Shown piece by piece: positions 9,190-17,561 of a stretch of 32,000 bases of DNA. A program made the position numbers and the translations under genes. Source of the stretch: Variovorax ginsengisoli (GTDB lineage Bacteria > Pseudomonadota > Gammaproteobacteria > Burkholderiales > Burkholderiaceae_C); the NCBI RefSeq assembly GCF_030486595.1, contig NZ_JAUJZH010000050.1:1-32000 (forward strand), read 5' to 3'. The first letter of the stretch is position 1. Each line of letters begins with the position of its first letter. The notes under the pieces are model-generated. The model saw only the letters and a program-made list of their open reading frames with translations. It did no database searches and had not been told where the DNA came from.

Positions 9190-10551
9190 ATGAGGAAATC
9201 GCTTTGGACGCTTGCGGTCGTCGGGGCCGTTCACGCCGCTCCCGGTGCCTGCGCGGCCGACCCGGCGTCTTACGACGAACTGAAGGCCGAGTTGCAGCAG
9301 GCCATGAAGACGATCCAGGACCTGCAGGCGCGCATGACGGCCCTCGAGCAGCAAAAGACGGCCGCCCCGGCACCGGCCGCCGTTGCCGCGCCCGCTGCCG
9401 CCGCTTGGGCACCCGTCGTCTCGGTGGGCACGAGGGCCGAGGACGGCGCCCCGGACTCGGACAAGGCAAGGGTCGAGTTCTACGGCCAGGCCATGATCGA
9501 CACGATCTACGACTTCAAGCGCATGAACCCCGACTGGCAGGCGACCCTGCGGCCATCGCAGATTCCGATCATCTGCCCGGGATCGCCAGGATGCGGCAAG
9601 GATGGCACGACGGTCTTCAGCGTGCGGCAATCGAGTCTCGGGTTCAAGTCCTTCATCCCGACGAGCCTCGGCCCGGTCAAGACCGACCTGAGCTTCGACC
9701 TCTTCGCGACCAACGGAGGTACCCAGATCCACTGGCTGAACGCCTGGGCCGAACTCGGCATGTATGGCGTCGGCCAGACCTACTCGAATTTCATGGACAT
9801 CGACGTGTTCCCGAACATCATCGACTACTGGGGACCGAGCGGCATGGTCTTCGTGCGCAATCCTCAGCTGCGCCTGACGCCCTACAGCAAGGATGGATTG
9901 ACCGCGGCCTTCTCGCTCGAGGCGCCCAATTCCGCGATCGATACCGGTCGCATCACACGGGTGGACCCGGCGCTCGGCGCCGGCATCACCGGCTGGAACC
10001 GTGCCCCGGACGTCGTCGCGAGCCTGCGGATGGACGGCGACTGGGGCCATGTCCGGGCCGCCGCCATCGTGCGACAGGTCGGCTTCCAGAACACGATCAG
10101 CTTCAACAGCGAGCCGTCCGGCTCGAAGACCGGGTACGGGCTCAACCTCAGCGGCACGTACAACGTGTTCGGCAAGGATCAGCTGAACGCGCAGGTCGTC
10201 GGCGGGCAAGCCATCGCGAGCTACATGAACGACGGCGGCGTGGACCTGGCCCCGGGCGCGAACCTGCAGGCCGAAACGGTGGGGTCTCTGGGGTGGCTCG
10301 TCTACTACAACCACGCCTGGAGCGAGAAGTGGAGCAGCGCCATCGGCTACAGCGAGCATCGGCAGAGCAATACCGCCGGACAGCTTGCCACCGCCTTCCA
10401 CAAGGGCAGCTATTCGTCGGTCAATCTGCTGTATTCCGCATCTCGAAGCATCCTGCTGGGCGGCGAGTTCGTCTGGGGTCGCCTCGAGAACAAGTTCGGA
10501 CTGTCGGCGGACGACTACCGGCTGCAGTTCTCGACCAAGGTCACGTTCTGA
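9190..10551 (+). CDS. outer-membrane porin with N-terminal coiled coil (DcaP-like family)
   Basis: 453 aa. A signal peptide (MRKSLWTLAVVGAVHAAPGACA) is followed by a heptad-like coiled coil (SYDELKAELQQAMKTIQDLQARMTALEQQK) and an Ala/Pro linker. The beta-barrel region has alternating aromatic residues and a terminal F (QFSTKVTF). Confidence 0.8.
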   Translation: MRKSLWTLAVVGAVHAAPGACAADPASYDELKAELQQAMKTIQDLQARMTALEQQKTAAPAPAAVAAPAAAAWAPVVSVGTRAEDGAPDSDKARVEFYGQAMIDTIYDFKRMNPDWQATLRPSQIPIICPGSPGCGKDGTTVFSVRQSSLGFKSFIPTSLGPVKTDLSFDLFATNGGTQIHWLNAWAELGMYGVGQTYSNFMDIDVFPNIIDYWGPSGMVFVRNPQLRLTPYSKDGLTAAFSLEAPNSAIDTGRITRVDPALGAGITGWNRAPDVVASLRMDGDWGHVRAAAIVRQVGFQNTISFNSEPSGSKTGYGLNLSGTYNVFGKDQLNAQVVGGQAIASYMNDGGVDLAPGANLQAETVGSLGWLVYYNHAWSEKWSSAIGYSEHRQSNTAGQLATAFHKGSYSSVNLLYSASRSILLGGEFVWGRLENKFGLSADDYRLQFSTKVTF

Positions 10552-10658
10552 CGTCGGCGCTCAAAACGTGGCGGGGGTGCGCCTGCACCAGATCCAGCAG
10601 GACCTGGAGCAAGGCGGCTGGAAGACCATCGCCCGCGTGAGCCCTGCATAATTCCTTG

Positions 10659-10883
10659 ATGAAGGATCCAGTATCGATTGGCACGGCATTGACCGCTGCC
10701 GCCTTGGCGTTGCTCTCTGTGTGGAAATCGCGGCCGCGACGCTGGGCCGTGGGCGCGCTGATCGTTGCGTTTTTCGCGTTCGTCGCCCTCAACGAAAGCG
10801 ATGGCATGGGCAAGCTCCGATCGGCGTGTATCGGAGCGGAGTGCAGCGGGGGTGTAGGAATATCTGCCCACATTCGCATGTAG
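10659..10883 (+). CDS. hypothetical small 2-TM membrane protein (weak call)
   Basis: 74 codons from ATG at 10659 with two hydrophobic stretches (VSIGTALTAAALALLSVW and WAVGALIVAFFAFVAL). There is no clear Shine-Dalgarno, and GC3 is lower than in neighbouring genes (about 70 percent by hand count). It sits in a region of gene remnants. Confidence 0.25.
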   Translation: MKDPVSIGTALTAAALALLSVWKSRPRRWAVGALIVAFFAFVALNESDGMGKLRSACIGAECSGGVGISAHIRM

Positions 10884-10909
10884 CGAACGGCCGCAAGCTG
10901 CGGGGAGGC

Positions 10910-11309
10910 TCAGCGGAATTCCCAAATTCGAGAAGGACGGCGCAGTCGATCTCGCGCCGCATGCCCTTGGTCTTCAATCCGACCAATGTGCCACCGATCA
11001 CGAAGAGGGAGCCCGCACAGTGCGCTCAGCGTGAAGCTCTTGCCCTGCCAGCGCCAGGCCCAGCCGAAGGCGGACAACATCACGACCAGCGATCCGACCG
11101 CATAACCCAGCACATAGCGGCCACTCATGACCTCGCCGACGGGGCGTTGGGAGAGCGCCGTGAACACCAGCGCGGGGGAGCGCAAACTTGACGACGTACG
11201 TGCCGAGAACGTGCATGTCCAGCTTGCTGAAGACACCGGCGCGCCCCGCAAGGAAACCAAGCGCGATGACGAGGTAGATGGGGCCGGTGATGGCCAGTGT
11301 TTGCAGCAT
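10910..11309 (-). pseudogene. AEC (auxin efflux carrier) family transporter remnant, frameshifted and truncated
   Basis: ATG at 11309 gives MLQTLAITGPIYLVIALGFLAGRAGVFSKLDMHVLGTYVVKFALP, a typical AEC N-terminus. The frame breaks at the G5/C5 run 11174-11178. Homology continues in another frame (ALVFTALSQRPVGEVMSGRYVLGYAVGSLVVMLSAF...TLSALCG). It jumps frame again near 11005-11015 (SLFVIGGTLVGLKTKGM) and then dies out. Only about 130 of the roughly 300 expected residues remain. Confidence 0.7.
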
Positions 11310-11323
11310 CGAATGAGCGCCGC

Positions 11324-11339
11324 CCGTCCGCCCGGACGG
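11324..11339 (-). terminator. GC-rich hairpin downstream of the transketolase remnant
   Basis: CCGTCCG-CC-CGGACGG inverted repeat about 85 nt past the stop at 11423. There is no U tract, so this is weak. Confidence 0.2.
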
Positions 11340-11422
11340 ATCTCGGCGCGCAAAGGTCCGTTAGTGGAATGAGCGTGTCATTTCGTAGTGGGTACGGACC
11401 AAGGTGGTGGACGCGGGGGTGT

Positions 11423-13026
11423 CTAGACCCAGCCCTTGATCTGATGACTCATCGCCTGCGTGGAGATGCCGTAGCGATCATGCAGTGTCGGCAGCGCACC
11501 CGCGTCGAGAAAGGCATCCGGCAAGCCGATCTGGCGGAACGTCGTCGCGACGCCCGAGCGCATCAGGAGGCCCGCGACCGCCTCCCCGAGGCCGCCGATC
11601 ACCGAGTGGTTCTCCGCCACCACGACGAGTCGTCCCAGTCGCCTGACTTCGGCGAGGATCGTCGCCTCATCGAGCGGCTTGATCGTCGGGACATGCAGCA
11701 CCGCGACATCGATGCCGTCTGCCTGCAACTGCTGGGCGGCTTCCAGGGAGCGCATCGTCATGAAGCCGCTCGAGATCACCAAGACGCTCTTGCCATCTCG
11801 AATCAGCTTGGCCTTGCCGAGCTCGAACTTGTAGTCGTACTCGTCCAGCACGAGTGGCACGTTGCCGCGCGGCAATCGCATGTAGACGGGGCCCTCGTGA
11901 TTGGCCATCTGAGGCACCGCCTGTTCGATATCCAGCGCGTCGCACGGATCGATGATGGTCAGGCCCGGGATGCCGCGCATCAACGCCAGGTCCTCGGTCG
12001 CCTGGTGGCTTGGCCCATAGCCGGTGGTGAGCCCCGGCAGCGCGCAGCACATCTTGACGTTGAGGTTCTCCTCGGCAATCACCTGGTACACGAAGTCGTA
12101 GGCCCGACGGGTGCCAAAGACGGCGTACGTCGTCGCGAAGGGAATGAAGCCTTCCTTGGCCATGCCGCCTGCGGACGCCATCAGCAACTGTTCGGCCATG
12201 CCTATCTGCAAGAAGCGCTCCGGAAACGCCTGCGCGAACAGGTGCAGGTCGGTGTACTTGGCGAGGTCGGCCGTCATCCCGACGATTTCCGGGAACGGGA
12301 CGCCCCGGCCCATCAAGGTGTCGAAGAGGATGACGCGCGGCTTGTCCTCGTTCAGCGCGCGCGCCGCGTCGAAGGCGGCGATGACGGCAGGCAGGTCGTT
12401 GCCGTCGACACGCTGCACGTGCCAGCCGAACGCTGCCCACTTGTCGGCCAGTGGCTCGAAGCCCATGATCTTTCCGGACGGGCCGTCAGCCTGCTGGTTG
12501 TTGATGTCGACCAGGCAGATCAGATTTGACAGGCGATGGTGGGCGGCGCCCATCGCTGCCTCCCAGGTCGACCCTTCGTCCAGCTCGCCGTCGGACATCG
12601 AGTTAGACGAAGGCCGGGTTCTTCTTCAGCCGAAGCCCCAGCGCCATGCCGACGGCAATCGGAAGGCCTTGCCCGAGCGAGCCACCGGACATCTGCATGC
12701 CGGGCGTGTAGGTGGCCATCCCTGACATCGGCAGGCGGCTGTCGTCGCTGCCGTAGGTTTCGAGCTCTTCCTCAGGGACGATCCTGGCCTCGATCAGCGC
12801 CGCGTAGAAAGCGATCGCATAGTGACCATGCGACAAGAGGAAGCGGTCGCGGCCTTCCCATTCCGGGTCCTCGGGCTTGTAGGTCATTGCGTGCTTGTAG
12901 GCCACCGCGAGGACGTCGGCCCAGCCAAGCGCCTGGCCGATAGCCCTGCCCCTGGACTTCGCCCATGCGCAGTGCGTAGCGGCGGATGCGGTAGGCGCTT
13001 TGCTGAAGCGTCGATAGGTCAGTCAT
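11423..13026 (-). pseudogene. two-subunit transketolase (N- and C-terminal subunit genes) fused by deletion and frameshifted
   Basis: Three collinear pieces. (1) 13026..~12940: MTDLSTLQQSAYRIRRYALRMGEVQGQGY, with AGGAGA 5 nt upstream. (2) After a frameshift: IGQALGWADVLAVAYKH...SGGSLGQGLPIAVGMALGLRLKKNPAFV, ending at TAA 12603-12605. (3) After a second shift: MSDGELDEGSTWEAAM...GRGVPFPE, joined directly at about 12286 to IVGMTADLAKYTDLHLFAQAFPERFLQIGMAEQ..., which is the pyrimidine-binding and C-terminal domains of the C-subunit. Confidence 0.8.
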
Positions 13027-13038
13027 GAATATCTCCTG

Positions 13039-13058
13039 GTGAGTGAGTGAGTGAGTGG
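13039..13058. repeat. tetranucleotide microsatellite (GTGA)4 + GTGG
   Basis: gtgagtgagtgagtgagtgg read directly. It lies between the transketolase start/SD (13026-13037) and the restored dctM stop (13083). Confidence 0.9.
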
Positions 13059-13082
13059 CGCAGGTGTGGATGTCAGAGGAAC

Positions 13083-14319
13083 CCGACGGAGATCCAGGGA
13101 GTGGCGGCGACGAGAACTGTTCCGAGGAACAGGGCGACCATGTAGCCGACGATCGGCTTCATGCCCTCGTTCGGATGAATGCGGCTGATGGCGCAGGCGG
13201 CGTAGTACCCGACCCGAACGGCGGCGCGAAGAGGCCGATGCCCATCGCGAGCGTCACGACCATCGCGTAGTGCACTTCATGGATGCCGACCTGGCGCGCA
13301 ATGGGAAACAGCAGCGGTCCGAGCAGCACGATGGCGGGGATGCCTTCCAGCACCGAGCCGAGGATGATGAAGGCGACCACCGATACCGCCATGAAGGTCA
13401 CCGCGCCGCCCGGCAGCGCCTTCATTGCGTCGGCCAGCGCGGTCGAGAATCCGGACTGCGTCAGGGCCCAGGCCATGCCGGTGGCGGCACCGATGATGAA
13501 GAGGATCGAGCCGGAAAGTGCCGCGGTACTGACCAGCATCGGATAGATCCGCTTCCAGTCGAATTGCCTGTACACGAGCAGTCCGGCGATCACGGCGTAG
13601 ACGATGCCGATGGTGGACACCTCCGTCGCCGTGGCAACACCCTCGACCACCGCGGCGCGGATGACGACCGGAAGCGCCAGCGCGGGAATCGAGATCAGGA
13701 ACGACTTGGCGATCTCGCGACCGCTCGCCTTGCGAACGCCCGACAAGTCTTCTCCCCGATAGCGCCACCATACGAGTGCGGCCAGGGTCGCCCCCACCAC
13801 GACGCCAGGCAGCAGGCCGCCGGTGAAGAGAGCTGCAATCGAGACACCCGTCGCGGAGCCGATCGTGATCAACACCAACGACGGTGGAGTCGTTTCAGTC
13901 TGCGCGCCCGTCGCGGAAAGCAGCGCCACCAGATCACCGGGTTTCGCGCCTCGCTTGCGCATCTCCGGGAAGAGCGCCGGTGCCACCGCCGCCATGTCGG
14001 CAGTCTTGGACCCCGAGATTCCGGACACAAGATACATCGCGCCGATCAGCACATAAGAAGGTCCGCCTCGGACGTGACCCAGCAGGCTGGCCAGGAAGGT
14101 GACCATGGCGCGTGCAATTCCGGTCATTTCGATGAGCAGGCCCAGCAGGACGAACAGCGGGACGGCGAGCAGGATGAGATGGCTCATGCCTTCGTCCATC
14201 CGGCCGACGACTACGACCGTCGGCGTGGTGGTGGTCAGTGCGATGTAGCCGAAGGTCGCCAGTCCGAACGAGAACGCGATGGGCAAGCCTCTAGAGGGGT
14301 TTTCCGTGAACGACATCAC
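13083..14319 (-). pseudogene. dctM: TRAP transporter large permease DctM, 5'-truncated and 3'-frameshifted, without dctQ/dctP
   Basis: DctM-type sequence runs from GLPIAFSFGL (about 14290) through LLAVPLF, GGPSY, SGISGSKTADMAAV and TPPS. The frame breaks at the GGG run 13213-13215 (PPFG then GYYAACAISRIHPNEGMKPIVGYMVALFLGTVLVAATPWISVGFL* in the +1 frame, stop at 13083). About 15-20 N-terminal residues are missing, because an in-frame TAG lies just upstream of the GTG at 14319. No small-permease or periplasmic-binding-protein gene is present. Confidence 0.8.
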
Positions 14320-14404
14320 CCATACCCTGCACTACTTGCTCAAGCTTCTGGACAACATGCAACTGGTTGATGATCGGCAAGGAGGCGGCGACGAGCAGTT
14401 GTAG
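14306..14404 (+). other. orphan 5' gene fragment (RBS plus 32 codons) of unknown family
   Basis: GAGGGG, a 6-nt spacer, then GTG at 14306 encoding MNDITHTLHYLLKLLDNMQLVDDRQGGGDEQL*. The first 18 codons have host-like GC-rich third positions (16/18). The fragment starts exactly where dctM homology stops. Confidence 0.2.
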
Positions 14405-14502
14405 CCCGCTGACTGGCGTACCCGTGTTGCACCGCGGCTCCAGGCGTGGCGCCTCGTCGCGCCCAGCCGGAGAGATCAACCGATGGAACTTACGAACGGT
14501 AC

Positions 14503-15849
14503 TCAGCCGGCTGTCCACTCGACGCTCACCGCGAGGCCGCCCAGGCGGATCGACCGCCCGATGCGCACCGCTGCCTGCTGGGCGGATGCGACGCGGCGCA
14601 CGATGGACCAGCCCAGGCCGCTGCCGCTTTCGCCGCTTCCGAGCACGCGGAAGAAGCGCTCTCCGCAGCGCGCGATGTCTTCCTCCTTCATGCCGGGGCC
14701 ACTGTCCTCGACGCCCAACCGCACATGGTCGCCCGATTTCTCGACCGTGATGTGGATCGCCGCCCGCGCCGGGCCGTAGCGGATCGCGTTGTCGACCAGA
14801 TTGCGCACCAGCACCGCGAACAGCGTCGGATCACCGCGAACCCGGCACTCGCCCGTCGCGTCGACTTCGATGTTCTGCTGCTTGAGGATGGCTGCCGGCG
14901 CGGCTTCGGCCACCACGCTGCGCACGAGGACGCCCAGCTCAACCGGCCGGCATTCGAGATCGGCGCCGGCCTCGAGGCGCGACAGCGTCAGCAACTGCTC
15001 GACCACGTGCGCCGCGCGGTCGCAGCCCGCGAGCGTTGCTTCCAGCGCGTGGCGCCGCCGGGCATCGTCGGCCTCGCCGAGCGCGACCTGTGCCTGCGCG
15101 CGGATGGCGGCAATGGGCGTGCGCAGCTCGTGCGCGGCGTCGGCCGTGAAGCGGCGCTCCGACGCCAGCAGTTCGCCGATACGCAGGAGCAAGCCGTTCA
15201 GTGCAACGAGCATCGGCGTCATCTCCGACGGCGCGCCGCCGATCTCGACGGGGCTCAGTGCCTGCGGTTCGCGCCGGGCCAGCGCCTGCCCGAGCCGCCT
15301 GAGCGGCAGCATGCCGCGACGGACCGACCACCACACCGCGATCGCGAGCAGGGGCACGGCGACCAACAACGGCCAGAGCGTGCCTCGCAGCAGGGCCCAG
15401 AGGATGGAAGATCTCGAATCGATCCGCTCGCCCACATACACCTGCACGTCGCGCTCGCTGCCGTGGGTTGCGAACACACGCCACGTCGCGCCGTCGATGC
15501 GGGCCGTGCTGAAGCCCGATTTGAAACGGGGTCCGCGGTCGATCATCGGTGCGGACGGGGCGTTGGCGGATCGCAGCGTCAGGCGGCCCTCGTGGAAGAC
15601 CTGGAAAGCGACTTTGGGCGCGTAGCGATGCAACACCGGGGCTTCGATGCTCCGGTTTTCTTCGGAAGGTGCCTCCATCTGCTGCGCGACCAGCAGCGCG
15701 GCGCCTTGCGCCAGATGGCCGTCGAGCAGTTCGTCCAGCTCGTGGCGCACGTCGAGCCATGTCATGACGGCGGTCGCCACCCACACGCCCGCCACCAGGC
15801 CAAGCACCAGCAGCAGGAGACGGCCCTGGAGCGAGCGGGGCATCGTCAT
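14503..15849 (-). CDS. two-component sensor histidine kinase (periplasmic-sensing, HAMP-HisKA-HATPase_c)
   Basis: Two TM helices flank a periplasmic domain of about 130 aa. H-box FTADAAHELRTPIAAI, N-box LVDNAIRYG, G-boxes DSGPGM and GSGLGWSIV. The ATG at 15849 overlaps the regulator stop by 1 nt. The ORF-track TTG at 15852 is one codon upstream. Confidence 0.9.
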   Translation of the reverse strand: MTMPRSLQGRLLLLVLGLVAGVWVATAVMTWLDVRHELDELLDGHLAQGAALLVAQQMEAPSEENRSIEAPVLHRYAPKVAFQVFHEGRLTLRSANAPSAPMIDRGPRFKSGFSTARIDGATWRVFATHGSERDVQVYVGERIDSRSSILWALLRGTLWPLLVAVPLLAIAVWWSVRRGMLPLRRLGQALARREPQALSPVEIGGAPSEMTPMLVALNGLLLRIGELLASERRFTADAAHELRTPIAAIRAQAQVALGEADDARRRHALEATLAGCDRAAHVVEQLLTLSRLEAGADLECRPVELGVLVRSVVAEAAPAAILKQQNIEVDATGECRVRGDPTLFAVLVRNLVDNAIRYGPARAAIHITVEKSGDHVRLGVEDSGPGMKEEDIARCGERFFRVLGSGESGSGLGWSIVRRVASAQQAAVRIGRSIRLGGLAVSVEWTAG

Positions 15850-16520
15850 CAACGGGCTGGCTTGTCGCGCGCGAGCACGTAGCCCACTCCGCGCACGGTC
15901 TGGATCAGCGAGGCGCCGAGCTTGCGGCGCAGGTGATGCACGTGCACCTCGATGGCGTTGCTCTCCACTTCCTGCCCCCAGCTGTACAGGTGCTGCTCAA
16001 GCTGTTCTCGCGAGAGCACGCGCCCGGCGTTGAGCATCAGCGCATGCAGCAGAGCGAATTCGCGGGAAGGCAACGATACCGGCTGGCCCGCACGATGCAC
16101 TGTGTGCGCGGCCAGGTCGAGCTCGACATCCTGGGCGCACAGGCGCTCCTGGGGCAGACCGTGGGCGCGGCGGATCAGGGCACGCAGGCGCGCCGCGAGT
16201 TCATGCAGGTCGACGGGCTTGACGACATAGTCGTCGGCGCCGACATCGAGCCCGCGGATGCGGTCCGGCACGCCGTCGCGCGCGGTCAGTACCAGGATGG
16301 GGAGCTTGATGCCAGCCTGGCGCACGGCGGCGAGCACGGGCAGGCCGTCCTTCAGCGGCAGGCCCAGGTCGAGCACCGCTGCCGCATACGGCTCGGCGCG
16401 CAGTTCCCGTTCGGCGGCCTCGCCGTCCCGCACCCAGTCGACCTGGAAATCGAGCTGGCGCAGGCCCGCGCGAAGGCCGTCGCCTAGCAAGGGATCGTCT
16501 TCGGCCAGCAAGATGCGCAT
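15849..16520 (-). CDS. OmpR/PhoB-family response regulator
   Basis: 223 aa: MRILLAEDD, a DLGLP receiver aspartate, a conserved K in VVKPV, and a C-terminal winged helix (VHVHHLRRKL, IQTVRGVGY). Confidence 0.92.
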   Translation of the reverse strand: MRILLAEDDPLLGDGLRAGLRQLDFQVDWVRDGEAAERELRAEPYAAAVLDLGLPLKDGLPVLAAVRQAGIKLPILVLTARDGVPDRIRGLDVGADDYVVKPVDLHELAARLRALIRRAHGLPQERLCAQDVELDLAAHTVHRAGQPVSLPSREFALLHALMLNAGRVLSREQLEQHLYSWGQEVESNAIEVHVHHLRRKLGASLIQTVRGVGYVLARDKPAR

Positions 16521-16553
16521 GGGGGAATTGAGAGGGGCAATGGATCGGCGCTG

Positions 16554-17285
16554 TCAGTCGTCGTCCCGTTCCTGCGTGACCGCCTTGCCGGACACGGCCG
16601 CCGGGCCGTGGGCCACGCCCATCGGAGCGGTCTTCCACTGCGTCCACCAGAAGCCGAGCACCGCCGCCAGCATGAGGATGCCGACACTGCGCCAGGCGCT
16701 GCGCACGCCGTCCCCGGGGCGGCCCGTCTTGCGGCCGGTGATCATCGCGGCGATCAGGTTCTCGCGATGCAGCCAGCTGCCGAGCAGCACGCCGGCGATA
16801 TGAATCCCGACCACGCCGAGCATGATGTTGGCCGCCGCTTCATGGACCTCTTCCAGCCACTTGCCTCCGATGTCCTCGTAGGTGGCCCAGCCCGATGCCG
16901 TCACCGCGAGCGCGAGCCCGAGCAGCGCGACGATGGCGACTGCACCCGCGGGGTTGTGCCCCGTATGGTGCTCCGCATGGCCGCCAAGCATGCCGCGGAG
17001 GTAGGCCATGACGGCACGCGGCCCGCGCACGAAGGCCGAGAAGCGCGCATGGCGCGTGCCCACGACGCCCCACAGCAGACGGAAAGTGACGAGCCCGGCC
17101 ATGGTGTACCCGAGCGTCACATGCACCAGGCGCCACGCCTCGTGCTCCGCGCTGAGGTAGGCGCCGGCAAAGCACAGCGCGATGAGCCAATGGAATACGC
17201 GCACCGGCGCATCCCAGACGAGGATCCTGCCGGCCCCCGGCTCGATCGCCGGGCGTTCAGCGGGGGATGCGGACTGTGTGTTCAT
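16554..17285 (-). CDS. b-type cytochrome (cytochrome b561 / Ni-Fe hydrogenase b-subunit family)
   Basis: ATG at 17285 preceded by AAGGAGA. ILVWDAPVRVFHWLIAL is followed by four or five TM helices carrying conserved His residues (HVTLGY, HNPAGA, VHEAAANIML, GIHIAG). The ORF-track start at 17492 is an out-of-context extension across the upstream gene. Confidence 0.8.
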   Translation of the reverse strand: MNTQSASPAERPAIEPGAGRILVWDAPVRVFHWLIALCFAGAYLSAEHEAWRLVHVTLGYTMAGLVTFRLLWGVVGTRHARFSAFVRGPRAVMAYLRGMLGGHAEHHTGHNPAGAVAIVALLGLALAVTASGWATYEDIGGKWLEEVHEAAANIMLGVVGIHIAGVLLGSWLHRENLIAAMITGRKTGRPGDGVRSAWRSVGILMLAAVLGFWWTQWKTAPMGVAHGPAAVSGKAVTQERDDD

Positions 17286-17521
17286 TGAAATCTCCTTGAT
17301 CGGCCGAAATGGCGGGGCAGGTTCGCCATCACACGCTGCCAGGAGGCAGCCGGCAGCATGCCGGGCGGGTAGGCGATGTGGCAGGCGGCGCACTCCTCGC
17401 GGTGCTTCGCAAGCAGGGGCGTGCGTGCCGCGCCATCGCCCTCGCCCGCCCAGGCCCGCGGACCGGCGAGCGCGACAAGTGCGCAGACCCACATGCCTGC
17501 ACGGCGGGAACGGTCAGCCAT
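17282..17521 (-). CDS. periplasmic cytochrome c resembling the DHC (dihaem) family but retaining only one CxxCH; probably truncated
   Basis: MADRSRRAGMWVCALVALAGPRAWA signal peptide, then ECAACHIAYPPGMLPAASWQRVMANLPRHFG, which matches my memory of the first-haem half of DHC proteins. The ORF ends 6 codons later (RSRRFQ*) in an ATGA overlap with the cytochrome b start. The second haem motif is absent. Confidence 0.55.
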   Translation of the reverse strand: MADRSRRAGMWVCALVALAGPRAWAGEGDGAARTPLLAKHREECAACHIAYPPGMLPAASWQRVMANLPRHFGRSRRFQ

Positions 17522-17561
17522 GGCGGGGATTCCTGATGAAAGTATCGACATCGCCGTCGCC

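Noticed and set aside
8967-9191. 74-aa minus-strand ORF in the pgaA/porin intergenic region
   Set aside because: It has no RBS and no motifs, it overlaps the porin start and the candidate pga promoter, and its composition is typical of non-coding DNA here.
14290-14347. XbaI (TCTAGA) and HindIII (AAGCTT) sites at the dctM breakpoint, plus BamHI at 10664 and EcoRI at 10915 and 8918, as possible cloning scars
   Set aside because: No vector, resistance-marker or polylinker sequence accompanies them. Isolated 6-bp sites are expected by chance in the lower-GC patches.
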